Shown one piece after another: positions 1 through 11,798 of a DNA stretch of 64,000 bases (the first letter of the stretch is position 1; the number at the start of each line of letters is the position of its first letter). Both the position numbers and the translations under genes were made by a program. A model generated the notes under the pieces. It ran no database searches and was not told where the DNA came from. It saw only the letters and a list, made by a program, of their open reading frames with translations. The stretch is from Octopus sinensis (lineage: Eukaryota). The stretch is from positions 100,750,001 through 100,814,000 of the forward strand of contig NC_043002.1 of NCBI RefSeq assembly GCF_006345805.1, in the 5' to 3' direction.

Positions 1-167
1 TTGTTGTTATTCTTCTTCTTCTTCTTCTCCTTCTATTGTTACTATTACTGTTATTACTGCAACTATTATTTCTTCAGCTGTAGGTCGGCTATGATCAACG
101 AGATCTAATCCTAATCCACCCAGCTGATTAGCCCAGGTTTTTGTTTCGTTTTGTATATAATGTAATA

Positions 168-356
168 GGCGTAGGAGTGGTTGTGTGGTAAGTAGCTTGC
201 TTTCCAACCACATGGTTCCGGGTTCACTCCCACTGCGTGGCACCTTGGGCAAGTGTCTTCTACTATAGCCTCGGGCCGACCAAAGCCTTGTGAGTGGATT
301 TGGTAGACGGAAACTGAAAGAAGCCCGTCGTATATATGTATATATATATATATGTG

Positions 357-389
<33 letters not shown>

Positions 390-590
390 TTATGTGTTTG
401 TGTCTGTCGCCCCATATCGCTTGACAATCGATGCTGGTGTGTTTACGTCCCCGTAACTTAGTGGTTCAGCAAAAGACCGATAGAATAAGTAATAGGCTTA
501 CAAAGAATAAGTCCTAGAGTCGATTTGCTCGGCTAAATGCGGTGCCCCAGCATGGCCACAGTCAAATGACTGAAACAAGTAAAAGTGAGA
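168..590 (+). mobile_element. tRNA-derived SINE (family A, CORE-like centre) with internal (TA)/(TG) microsatellite
   Basis: Head ggcgtaggagtggttgtgtggtaag, B-box-like ggttcactcc, then caccttgggcaagtgtcttc (CORE-like). Microsatellite at about 331-395 and tail ending ggccacagtcaaatgactgaaac. Reverse-complement copy at 63113-63490. Confidence 0.85.
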
Positions 591-1000
591 GTAAATGTTC
601 TTAAAAACAAAGTTTAAGATGAGATTGATTTGGCTGTTATTTCTAGTAGTTTGAATGAACACCTTAGAGACCTCCTTGGACAACAGTTTAGCCCCAAATT
701 AACTCTCTATTAAAGACGTGGAAGTCTTGGCCAGCTATTAATGTAATTAATGTTGTTACAGTTGTTGTTGCTTTTGTTCTTGTTGCCCTTGTCCTCGCTG
801 TTTTTGTGGTTATTGTTGTAGTCAGATCTGACCGAACAATCCTATAGCAGCAAGTAGTAATTAGAAAGATTAGATGCTACCTGTCATCATCACTAACGTA
901 ATTACAAATCAGTCTTTTCATTTATACCAAGTCTACTTCTCTGAACGCTATACTTCCGCATGCCGACAAGCTGTGCGACAGCCTGAGCATGTTGCAGCCT

Positions 1001-1385
1001 CTCTACACTCCAGTCTGTTTATGTATGTCTGCAGATTATAGTGGTGGCAAAAGTGGGCCAGGTAGACTCGGTCAGAGGGCGAAAGTTAAAAGTTCTCTGC
1101 GTCCTTCTGCTCCTACTGTTGGAGCTATGCATCCTATCATAATGGTCGACGCTAATAGGGCTATTGATGTTGCTGTTATTTCTCTCTCTATCTACAGTCC
1201 AGTCTGTTTATGCATGTCTGCAGATTACGGTGATGGGGGAAGTGGGCTAAGTAGACTTAGTTAGAGCACAAAAGTTTAAGGTTCCCTGCGTCCTTCTGCT
1301 CCTTCTGTTGGTGCTATGCATTCTATGATAATGGCCAATGCTAATAAGCTATTGATGCTGCAGTTAATTCTTCCTCTATCTACAT
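1001..1385. repeat. Diverged tandem duplication, about 188-bp unit x2
   Basis: ctacactccagtctgtttatgtatgtctgcagatta (about 1003) recurs as ctacagtccagtctgtttatgcatgtctgcagatta (about 1192), with co-linear similarity through both units. Confidence 0.85.
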
Positions 1386-1624
1386 GTGTTCTCTTCACAC
1401 GTGTCTAGCTAAATGAAAGCAGCGCCATCTTAAGGCGAAGACTCACTGTGCAATTCTGGAAGGGCTCCAGTGTTAATCTATATATACTGTGACTTGCTGT
1501 CAATACTACAGGCCTATATTGTTTTGTAAGCGCCCCTGTGATAATAAGATGGCCCAGATTGAAAGGAATATGTTTTTGTAAGATGTCGTCGTTGTAGTGG
1601 TGTTAAGGAGTGTTGTATTGGGTT

Positions 1625-1990
1625 GACATCCTCGAATATTACATCCATAACTCAAACCCATATCTCCAGAAAGACATTCAGCACCTGGAATGGGTTCAGC
1701 ACTTGGCCACCCGAATGGGCGCGGGCTTGTCTAAACTTGCGTAAGAGGAACAGCTCCGACGGCTGGCATTGCCTTCACTCAAACGACTGAGGATGCAGGG
1801 AGATCTCATCCGACTTTCAACATCTTCAACAGACATGTAAACCAACTATTTGCGGAGATTTTCACCCCTGCATCGGATAGAGGTCTTCGTGGGCATGATC
1901 GCAAACTCTATCCCCGACACTTTCGTTTCAATAGGCGGAAAGCCGCATTCTCTGTCCGTATTGCAGCCCCGTGCATAATCCAAGCGAATT
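1625..1990 (+). mobile_element. CR1/L2-like LINE, 3' end of ORF2 (degenerate)
   Basis: Manual translation DILEY..NPYLQKDIQHLEWVQHLATRM..LSKLA*EEQLRRLALPSLKRLRMQGDLI, followed by RGLRGHDRKL..FRFNRRKAAFSVR. This is the typical post-RT region of CR1/L2-group LINEs. Confidence 0.8.
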
Positions 1991-3177
1991 ATTTGATCCC
2001 ACAACTCAAGTACAGAGACACAACTTATAATTAATATCATGGAAGTTGATATACTCGCGGCTATTAATGATTTAGACCCAAACTCGGCGTCTGTACCAAA
2101 TAGTATTCCAGTTATATTGCTAAAAAACGTGCAAAAACCACTTCATGAAATCATTAAAGGTATTATTTTAAAAGTCGCCAGATACCGCCATATTCCCTAG
2201 ACTATTGAAAGAAGCTATAATAAAACTTATATAGGTACAAAGGAGGTAGCAGTGCTGAAGCTAAAAATTACAGACCTGTTTCCCTCACGTCTTACGCGTC
2301 AAAAATTATCCAATGCCTTGTCCGAAGACAAAAAGTAATAACATACCTGGAGGAAAACAACTTAGACGACACTCGGTATAAGTTTCGGACTGAACGAAGT
2401 TGCTTGTCACAATTCTTACAGCATCATAACACTACCTCTAATAATCTCTTAAAGGGAAAGATCATTGACTGTTAAAACCTTGATATTGGTAAGGCGTTTG
2501 ACAAGACTGATCATGGAATCATCTGTCATAATTTAAGAAATCTTGGTATCACAGGAAAAGTCGGAGAATGGTTCTTTAACTCCCTATACGGTAGAAGTCA
2601 ACCTATTACTGCAAATGGATTTTCCCCTAAGTTACCTGTAATACGTCGTATACATCAAGGAATGAATTACACAAGAATATCGATGGCTAGGAGCTAAACC
2701 AGAAAAAATACGAAAATTAGTACACCAAAATTTCAGCTTCATTACAAACGAATTCACCCAAATCGCAACATTTGACACAAGGTAACATAATGATTCAGAG
2801 CACTAATGACATACAGGACTTAGGTGAAATAATTTCAAATGATGCATTTTCCATCAGCCATATTATCAAACTAACCTTTAAATGCAGCAAACTCATAGGC
2901 TGCATTCTACGAACATTCATGACAAGGGAACCGGTAGTTAGTTTTATTTTTTAGGGAAAACCCTAGTTCTGAGCAGTTTATAAAACTGCTTACAATTTTA
3001 ATCTCCTAACTCATCCGGTCTCATAGAAGAAAGTAAAGGGGTACAAGGAATGTTCACTGGTAAAATACCTTCAGTTAAAAGTCTTATTTACGGAGAATGT
3101 CTGAAAGCGCTGAGTCTCTTGACACCAAAGAGAAATATATACTATCACAGTCATAAGGAAAATTGTTAGGGGACATA

Positions 3178-3491
3178 TGACGTAGTGGTTAAGAGCGCGG
3201 GCTACTAACCCCAAGATTCCAAGTTCGATTCCAAGCAGTGACCTGAACACTAACAACAACAACAATAATAATAACATCGAAAAATACCTTAGGAATAAGA
3301 ACACAGGTTCGAAATTTCCCCAAGACACCTGAAGAAGGCTGGAGGATATATCAGCCGAAACGTTGTGTTAACAACAAACAAGACGAGGATAAATATCCAT
3401 CGAATGTAAATAATGTAAATAATGTAAATAATGTAAATAATGTAAATAATGTAAATAATGTACATAATTCCTCATCTCTTAAATATAGAAC
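3178..3491 (+). mobile_element. tRNA-headed SINE-like element carrying a hammerhead ribozyme motif
   Basis: A-box TGACGTAGTGG (3178-3188), B-box GTTCGATTC (3223-3231), (AAC)/(AAT) spacer, HHR at 3324-3369, and a 9-bp tandem (AATGTAAAT)x6 at 3403-3456. It interrupts a CR1-like LINE; possible degenerate TSD tgttaggggacat / tgtggagggacat. Confidence 0.75.
3324..3369 (+). ncRNA. Minimal type I hammerhead ribozyme motif (PLE-like)
   Basis: GACAC-CTGAAGA-A-GGCTG(gaggatatat)CAGCC-GAAA-CG-TT/GTGTT. Helix I is GACAC:GTGTT, helix II is 5 bp, and helix III is reduced to palindromic CG. Confidence 0.75.
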
Positions 3492-4026
3492 TGTGGAGGG
3501 ACATGTTCCAAACTTCGGCACTGGAGAGAGTTTTAATGCACGAACATTTATATACCCTAAGCTTGCAAATATACTACGTTCGAAATCATGGGCTAAAATA
3601 CTCTATTGTAACAATCTGACATTTAGAGTTCCCTCAACTGTTCAACTACCGATCTAAATTGAAAGAATTATAAAAGAAACTTCTACTGAAACATTAAAAA
3701 AACCCTCCAAAAACTCATTAGATGAACACTTAACGATACCTTCGAAGTCAATCATTCAAGGATGGTGCATTCAAAGAACAGCTGCTAGAAAACTCAGTCA
3801 TAGACCACCTTCGAGTCAAGAAGCAACAACAAAACCTAATTGAAAATACATTAAGGCGATGTTCCAGAATGGCTGCAATACTATCACTAAAAGGATATGA
3901 GTACGCGCGCGCGCACACACAGACACGCACACATGCGCGCGTGTGTATGTGTGTGTGTGTGTCTGTGTGAGTTTGTGTGTGAGCTGATATGTCATTCATC
4001 TTGTTTCAATATTGTACCAGACAGAA

Positions 4027-4235
4027 GGCGATGAGCTGGCAGAGACGCCAGCATGCCGGGCGAAATGCTTAATGGTATTTCGTCTGCCATTACGTTCTGA
4101 GTCCAAATTCCGCCGTGGTCGACTTTGCCTTTCATCCTCGGAGTCGATAAATTAAGTACCAGTTGCGTACTGGGGCCGATCTAATCATCTGGTCTCCTCC
4201 CAAAATCTTTTGGGCCTTGTGCCTCGAGTAGAAGA
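4027..4235 (+). mobile_element. tRNA-derived SINE (family B)
   Basis: gagctggcagag...gagtccaaattccgccgtggtcgactttgcctttcatcc...gataaattaagtaccag, a sequence shared by more than 10 copies in the window. The central part resembles the Sauria/MetaSINE-type domain (recalled, not searched). Confidence 0.85.
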
Positions 4236-4352
4236 GAACATACTACCAGACGGCAGTCTTCAGTAATTATTCCCAAAGATACCACTGATCACAATCTTTT
4301 ATACCAATGCTGAATACGTATATATATATATATATATATATATACTGAATAC

Positions 4353-4385
<33 letters not shown>

Positions 4386-4432
4386 GGTACTTAAGCCAAC
4401 TCGAGAAATCTCTGGTAAGACTTTTTATCGGT

Positions 4433-4474
4433 GTACCTGAAGAGCCCCAGAACAGGTCGAAACATGTGTTGTAC
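4433..4474 (+). ncRNA. Type I hammerhead-like motif
   Basis: GTAC-CTGAAGA-GCCC(cagaaca)GGTC-GAAA-C(atgt)G-TT/GTAC. There is one mismatch in helix II. It lies just downstream of a (TA)n tract. Confidence 0.6.
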
Positions 4475-4616
4475 CCAATAAAGTCTATCACACATTCGAT
4501 CTCCTATTTTATCAATACTATTCCCTTCCGGTCATTTCGAAATGTAGCCACATGTGAATCGTTGGTGATCTTTGTTCTCCGTCTTCCTTTTTTCTTGGAC
4601 TTTCCTCTGTCTCCTG

Positions 4617-4648
4617 TTTCTTAAGAAGAGCTTTGTTCGAAACGTAAA
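4617..4648 (+). ncRNA. Degenerate hammerhead motif (G5 mutated) in a PLE-like terminus
   Basis: TTT-CTTAAGA-A-GAGC(ttt)GTTC-GAAA-CG-TA/AAA. The core reads CTTAAGA instead of CTGANGA. Confidence 0.45.
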
Positions 4649-4877
4649 ATGAACTTCCTGAGCGTCTGCTAATACTTTTCATATATCACGTTCTTGCGTT
4701 GTTTTTTTCTTGTGTCTGTTCTTGATTTTATTATTTACTATATATATGTATATATAAAGATTTAGATGAATGTGGTACCTAAGTTGAAGGCACCAGAACT
4801 TAGTATGGCATTATCCATATAATTTAAAATAAGGTGATTATAATCAAAATAAGCAACAAGGATATCCAGAGGTAACA

Positions 4878-4959
4878 CGGTACGATCGTTTCATGCGACT
4901 CCCTTTAATTGAAAATACAAACATTACATCAACTTAAACTCTATAGCAATCTTCAGCTG
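4878..4959 (-). ncRNA. Degenerate hammerhead motif with long helix II loop
   Basis: Minus strand: CAG-CTGAAGA-T-TGC...GCA-T-GAAA-CGATCG-TA/CCG. Related, more decayed copies lie at about 19805-19886 (-) and about 25500-25585 (+), sharing flanking aaaataagcaaca..gatat. Confidence 0.5.
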
Positions 4960-5099
4960 CATAAAAATATAGAAGTTAGTAAAATTTGAGGGATTCATTC
5001 GTATAAGTTTTAGTACAAAGTCACCAAGAGGATAAGGAGATAGACAAAAAACACGTTTTACCAACATCACAGTTGTAACTGAGATTTTTTCAAAATTTT

Positions 5100-6425
5100 C
5101 CTGCAACGTTCCGAGGTTGGGACTTCCTGGAAAATTACGAGGATTTCCTGGACAGTTCCGAGGATGAATGACTTCGTGGAAAGTTCCGAGGATAAAACGT
5201 CCTGGTAAATTCCGAGGATTTCATGGAAAGTTCCGAGGATGAGACATCTTGGAAAATTCCTAGATTTTCATCAAAAGTTCCGAGGATGAGATTTCCTGGA
5301 GAATTCCAATGATTTTATGGAAAGTCACGAGGCTGAAAACTTCCTGGAAAGTACCGAGGATTTCCTGGAAAGTTCCGAGGATGAGACTTCCTGCAAAATT
5401 CCGAGGATTTCATGGAAAGTTCAGATGATGAGACTTCCTGGAATAATGCGAGAATTTCATGGAAATTTCAGAGGATGAAATTTCCTGGAAAATTCCGAGG
5501 CTTTCATGGAAAAATCAGAGGATGAAACTTCCTGGAAAATTCCGGGGATTTCCTGGAAAGTTTCCAAGATTTCACGGCAAGTTCGAAAGGTTTTCTAACT
5601 TCCTGGGAAATTGGTCGAAAACATCCTGGAAATTTTTGAGTATTTTCTAACAAACTAAAATTTGCTCGAAAATTTCTTGGGAAGTTCTGAGGATTTTCTA
5701 ACTTCCAGGAAATTTGGTCGAACACTTCCTGGAAAGTTGCGAGGATTTTCTAACTTTCGTGAAAGTTGATCGAAAACATGCTGGAAAAGTTCTGAGGATT
5801 TTTTAACTTCCTGGAAATTTAGTCGAAAACTTCCTGGAAAGTTCCGAGGATTTTCTAACTTCCGCGAAAGATGGTCGAAAAATTCCTGGAACGTTCCAAG
5901 GATATTCTAATTTCCGGGAAGTTTGGTTGAGAAATTCCTGGGAAGTTCCAAGGATTGTCTAACTTCCGGGCAAGTTGGTCGAAAGTTCCGATGATTTTCT
6001 AACTTCCGGGAAAGTTGGTCGAAAACTTCTTGGGAAGTTCCAAGGATTTTCTAACTTTCAGGAAAATTGGTCGAAAACTTCCTGGAAAGTCCGAGGATTT
6101 TCTAACTTCTGGGAAATTTGGTCGAAAACTTCCTGGAAAGTCCGAGGATTTTCTAACTTCTGGGAAATTTGGTGGAAAATTCCTGGGAAGTTCCGAGGAT
6201 TTTCTAACTTCCGGAAATTTGATCGAAAACTTCCTGGGAAGTTTCCAGGATATTCTAAATTCCGGGAAATTTGATAGAAAACTTCCTGCAGAGTTCCGAG
6301 GATTTTCTAACTTCCGGGAAAGTAGTTCGAAAATTTCTGGGAAGTTCCGAGAATTGTCTAATTTCCTGGAAAGTTGGTCGAAAACCTCCTGCGAAGTTCC
6401 GAGGATTTTCAAACTTCCGGGAAGT
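5100..6425. repeat. Complex minisatellite: 47-bp units (21+26) switching to 52-bp units
   Basis: Core ttcctggaaagttccgagga. Period is 47 in 5100-5580 (for example 5341 to 5388) and 52 in 5580-6425 (for example 5823 to 5875). Confidence 0.9.
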
Positions 6426-6429
6426 TAAA

Positions 6430-7625
6430 TGATGAATTTCCAAATTAATTTTCGTTAAATTACTTTGACTTTATACATCATTTTAAAGACCGTTTTTCGC
6501 TCTATCTAATCGTGTTACATCTTTTCTTTTTGAATAAATAGGCCATTTTCTCCAGAACGTTGAATGGCCAAAAAAAGTTATTCGCACAATTTTCTTATTC
6601 CAGTTCAAGCTAGGCCGAAAAGCTGCTGAAACAGCTCGAGATATCAACGATGCGTTTGGCCCAGTAGAATGGTGGTTCAAGAAATTTCGTAGCGGAGACG
6701 AGAGTCTTGAAGATGATAAGCGTAATGGTCGGCCATCGGATGTTGACAGCGATCAACTTAGAGCCTTAGTCGAAGCCAATCCACGCACAACTGTTCGAGA
6801 GATTGCTTCTGAATTAGATGTAACGCACATGACAATTTCTAACCACTTGAAAGAGATTGGGAAAAAAAATATACTTGAGAAATGGGTGCCACACGAATTG
6901 AACAACAACCAAACAAAAAAAACGCCGTTTTGAAGTGTTGTCTTCCCTTCTTTTACGCAACAAGAACAACTCGTTTCTCGACCGGAATGTGATTTGTGAT
7001 GAAAAGTGGATTCTTTACGACAACCGGCGACGCTCAGCTTAGTGGTTAAACGCTGACGAAGCTCCATGGCACTTCTCGAAGCCAAAGTTTCATCAAAAGA
7101 AGGTCATGGTGACTGTTTGGTGGTCCGCGGCCGGTCTCATCCATCACAGCTTTTTGGATGCAGGCGAAACCATTACGGCGGAGAAGTACTGTCAGCAAAT
7201 GGTATGAAATGCATAAGAAACTCCGACAACAACAGCCAGCATTGGTCAATAGAAAAGGACCAATTCTTCTCCACATCAACGCTCGGTTACACGTCGCACA
7301 ATTGACCCTGCAGAAGTTGAATGAATTGGGCTACAAAACTCTGCCTCAGCCGCCATACTCACCAGACCTCTCGCCTACTGACTACCCCTTTTTCAAGCAT
7401 CTCGACAAACTCCTTTGTGAGAAATGCCAAACACGCCTTCGACGACTTTACCGCCACCAGAACGCAGGATTTTTACGCTACTGGCATAATTAAACTTGTT
7501 TCGCGTTGGCAAAAAAGTGTGTTGATACTGATAGTGTTTATTTCGATTAATAAAGTTCTGTTTGAGCCGAGATATCTGCATCTGAATATAAAGGTGAAAA
7601 CCGCAAGAACTTTCTTGACAACCTA
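6430..7625 (+). mobile_element. Mariner transposon, near full-length transposase pseudogene (ATG 6564 to TAA 7550), right TIR present
   Basis: Motifs WFKKFRSGDESLEDDKRNGRP, KWVPHEL, ICDEKWILYDN and PPYSPDLSPTDY, with frameshifts. Right TIR ...aaaccgcaagaactttcttgacaaccta ends at a TA. The left TIR is absent where the minisatellite abuts. Confidence 0.92.
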
Positions 7626-7688
7626 TTATTATTATTATTATTGTTATTATAATTATTATTATTATTGTTATTATTATTATTATTATTA

Positions 7689-7728
<40 letters not shown>

Positions 7729-7786
7729 GTTATTATTATTATTATTAATATTATTATTACTATTATTATTATTAATCTTATTATTA
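7622..7786. repeat. (TTA)n microsatellite
   Basis: Direct reading. Further (TTA)n blocks at 8000-8029, 8432-8511, 9039-9164 and 9247-9530. Confidence 0.97.
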
Positions 7787-7999
7787 AGGCAGCGAGCTGA
7801 CAGAATCGTTAGTGTGCGGGACGTATTGCTTAGCGGTATTTTACCCGTCGTTACGTTCTGAGATCAAATCCCCCGAGGTCCACTTTACCTTCCATCCTTT
7901 CGGGATCGATAAATTAAGTACCAGTGCAACACTGGTATCGATGTAATTGACTAGTCTCCTCCCCGAAAATTTCAAGGCCTTGTGCCTTCAGTAGGAAGG

Positions 8000-8000
<1 letters not shown>
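7787..8000 (+). mobile_element. SINE family B inside a (TTA)n tract
   Basis: ggcagcgagctgacagaatcg...gataaattaagtaccag...ttcaaggccttgtgccttcagtaggaagga, with (TTA)n on both sides. Confidence 0.85.
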
Positions 8001-8029
<29 letters not shown>

Positions 8030-8032
<3 letters not shown>

Positions 8033-8431
8033 TAGTTTTATTTTTATAGCGTGCTTTCACTTCACTACCGAGCGCAGCTCTGTGTGTCTTGGGTATGTGC
8101 TGTGATTTGTTGTGATGCTCTGATGGTTATTGTATGGAAAGTGTTCTGCGTAGGATGTGTGCAGTGCCTAGTAGTGCAATTTTCTGTATGTTATATGTGT
8201 TTGTAAGTCCTGTTGTTTTTGTTATGTATTTGTCTGAATATTTTTTTATCATGCCTAATGCACCTACTATGATAGGAATTGTTTCTGTTTTCAGATTCCA
8301 CATTCTAGTTACCTCTATTTCCAGGTCTTTGTATTTTGAGAGCTTCTCCATTTCTTTTAGAGACACGTTGTCATCTGCCGGTATTGATACATCAATTAGA
8401 AAGCACTTTTTTCTTCATGATCTCTGACAAC
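8030..8431 (-). mobile_element. R4/Dong-like RLE LINE, 5'-truncated copy 1 (402 bp)
   Basis: ORF 8127-8366 SLKEMEKLSKYKDLEIEVTRMWNLKTETIPIIVGALG...RRTLSIQ is the RLE C-terminus. The 3'UTR is shared with the copies at 21484 and 23082. (TAA)n lies on both sides. Confidence 0.9.
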
Positions 8432-8501
<70 letters not shown>

Positions 8502-8511
8502 CATTATTATT

Positions 8512-9037
8512 GAGTGAGAGAGCAGTGCATGCCATCAAAGTGACGGTGGCATAAAATATACGAAGCCCAGTATACCCATCGTGACTACCCACGGTACACC
8601 AGGCACATGCATCACAACTATATATGCGCAACATGGGGATCTCATATCAAAATAAACAGCGCATGACCTTGAAGATGGGATCCAGTTAGAATTTTTCTTC
8701 TGGTCGAAAGGTCCCTGAAAAGTGATGTTTAAATATGTTGCATACAACACCCATGTTTCCAAAAGTGAATTATTCAAATCCCAAAGAATTCATCTCAACA
8801 CCTGATTATGATGCTCCCCCACTATTTCTACTCGTGATCAGGTGCACATATCGTCAACCAACAAGAGACATGCTTAAGTGGTTAAGGTCAAACAACTAAC
8901 AAGTAAATCTGTGGTATTGAACAGAATATTTGCTGTAGGCCATCTTTTATTCCAAGACAAAACAATGTACATGACAACACTTCCAATCAGTTAAGATCGG
9001 AGGCCATGAGAGCTACTACCTGGTACTGCATCAAGGC

Positions 9038-9038
<1 letters not shown>
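8512..9038. mobile_element. Unclassified 527-bp non-coding insert bounded by (TTA)n (probable retroposon 3' end)
   Basis: Complex sequence flanked on both sides by (TTA)n, with no credible ORF. Parent element not identified. Confidence 0.5.
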
Positions 9039-9118
<80 letters not shown>

Positions 9119-9119
9119 G

Positions 9120-9164
<45 letters not shown>

Positions 9165-9246
9165 TCTTTCAAATTTGTTTCCATTTCTTGTCGGGTGGCT
9201 TCCCGATACCTAAGGCAATGAAACTCATTGGCCATAAAAATGATAA
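9165..9246 (-). mobile_element. About 80-bp insert in (TTA)n, probable extreme 3' end of another retroposon
   Basis: Unique 80-bp segment within a pure (TTA)n tract. On the minus strand it reads ...gggaagccacccgacaagaaatggaaacaaatttgaaaga(aat)n. Confidence 0.4.
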
Positions 9247-9530
<284 letters not shown>

Positions 9531-9776
9531 CTCTACAATCAACTCTGAAGTTGTAAAATATCTCCAGTCATTCTTTATCGCTTTCTGGTTGTTGTTGTTG
9601 TTGTTGCTGTATTGTTAGCAAACGTTATTTAAATAATTTAAGCAATAACATACAAAAACATTCCTGTGTATTCTCTCTCTCTCTCACACATGCACACACA
9701 CACCACACAAGCACTTGTGTATGTAAATACGTACACACATACATACATTCACACTTCTACAAACACACACACACAC

Positions 9777-9807
<31 letters not shown>

Positions 9808-10139
9808 CCTAGTGTATGAAAAAAAAGGAAGGGGTGTTATAAGAAATCATAACTAGACTGATTTATTGTTTTCTTTTCAAATTTGCTTCTTTTATTCTTT
9901 TTTTATTCTTTCTTTTCCACAAATTTGATCAAATCAGTTTATTTTGGAATGTTTCGAAAAGTTTTTCAGCGAGAATTTTTCGCTCTCTTACTTGCTTCGC
10001 CATCTCATGCACTTTCTCTCTTCTCTTACTCTCTCTCTCTCTCTCTCTCACCTACCCAAGCCCCACTTTCTATATATAACTCATGTAACATTGACTCTCT
10101 TTTCTCTTCCCTCTTACTCTCTCTTTGTATTCGTGCGTG

Positions 10140-10830
10140 TCTCTCCCTCTCCAAATACATGTGCATATACGCACGAATATGTGCGTGTGTGTGTGTATGT
10201 ATATATATAAAATGTGTGCGTATGTATATATGTACATACGTGCAAATGTGTGCATATGTATATGCGCACATATGAAAAATGTGTGTGAATAATATATATA
10301 TATATAATATTATATATATATATATATAATTAATGTAGGCAGCAGTTTGCAATGCTTCACCATATATATATATATATTATATATATATATATATATATAT
10401 GGATGTATACATATATATATATTATATATATATATATATAATATATATATATATGTATATGTATATATATATATGTATATATATATGTATATATATATTA
10501 TATATATGAATGTATATATATATATGTATATACATATATGTATATATATATATGTATATATATAAGCACATGCGCACATCTCTCTATATAAGCACATCTC
10601 TCTCTCTCTTTACACACGCACACACACACTCACACTCATATATATGCCCTACGTACAGTTGTGTACGTGTACATATGCACATACGCACGATTGTACGTGT
10701 GTGCATGTATGAGTACGCATGTGTATATGTGTGTGTATAGGTGAGTACGAGGTTGTTTGCATATGTGTGTATATACATATATACATATGTATAAATTTAT
10801 GTGCATATCCTCATACACACACATGTACAC
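10140..10830. repeat. Compound (TA)/(TG)/(CA) microsatellite region
   Basis: Direct reading. Confidence 0.9.
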
Positions 10831-11249
10831 ACACGCATATAAATGTTAATATCGATTTAACGTTGTAGTTATTTGACGGAACCTATCCCCACACTACTGC
10901 CACCACCACTAAAAGTTTCACCACCACCACCACCACCACCTTTTCTACCACCTCTTTCCTCCTCTTCTCCGACCTACATAACGAAATTCCTAATGTCACC
11001 GGTTGAGAAACGTAGGAAATTCTATGGAAACATCTTGAAATCTTAATTTATTATTTAGGCAATTTATGCTTCAATGTTTCGTCAAATTTACCATTCAACG
11101 ATGGATTAAAACGACACTACTTCAGCTATCAATTAATTATATTTACTGTTTTATTTTGTTTCTTTTCGATAACTAGGTGGATATTTTTATTGTCTATTCT
11201 TCCTCTCCGTAGTGAATAAAACTTACAAAACAAAGATTTAAACGACACC

Positions 11250-11560
11250 CCTTCGTACGTGTCTTCCACAACAGCCTCTGGTTGACCAATATCTTTTGTA
11301 TGGAATTTGGTCGGCGGAAACTTTGCTGAAGCTCGTCGCTCGCGCGCATTGTATGTATGTATGTATGTATGTATGTATGTGTGTATGTATGTATGTCTGT
11401 CTGTCTGTATGTATGTATGTATGTATGTATGTATGTATGCATGCATGTATGTATGTATGTATGTATGTATGTATGTATGTATGTATGTGTGTATGTATGT
11501 GTATATGTATGTATGTATGTGTGTATGTATGTGTATATATATGTATGTATGTATTTTGTA

Positions 11561-11591
<31 letters not shown>

Positions 11592-11767
11592 GTCTGTATG
11601 TATGTATGTATGTATGTGTGTGTGTATGTATGTATGTATGTATGTGTGTGTATGTATGTATCTGTATATGTATGTATGTGTTTTGTATGTATGTGTGTGT
11701 ATGTATGTATGTGTGTGTATGTATGTATGTATGTGTGTATGTATGTATGTATGTATGTATGTATGTA

Positions 11768-11798
<31 letters not shown>

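Larger units (their letters stand above)
2040..3850 (+). mobile_element. CR1/L2-like LINE RT region and 3' end (degenerate), interrupted at 3178-3491
   Basis: Motifs KGGSSAEAKNYRPVSLTS, DIGKAFDKTDHGIICHNLRNLGITGKVGEWF and LIGCILRTFMTREP. After the insertion, VEGHVPNFG matches the copy at 29905-31392. Many stops and frameshifts. Confidence 0.85.

Noticed and set aside
3178-3245. tRNA gene calls for SINE heads (also 168, 28593, 44332, 44915)
   Set aside because: A and B boxes are present, but acceptor stems are incomplete and each continues into a SINE body.
5100-6425. CRISPR-like appearance and repetitive ORFs of the 47/52-bp array
   Set aside because: There are no unique spacers, the units are degenerate tandem copies, the context is eukaryotic and no cas genes are present. 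The ORFs shift frame with the period.
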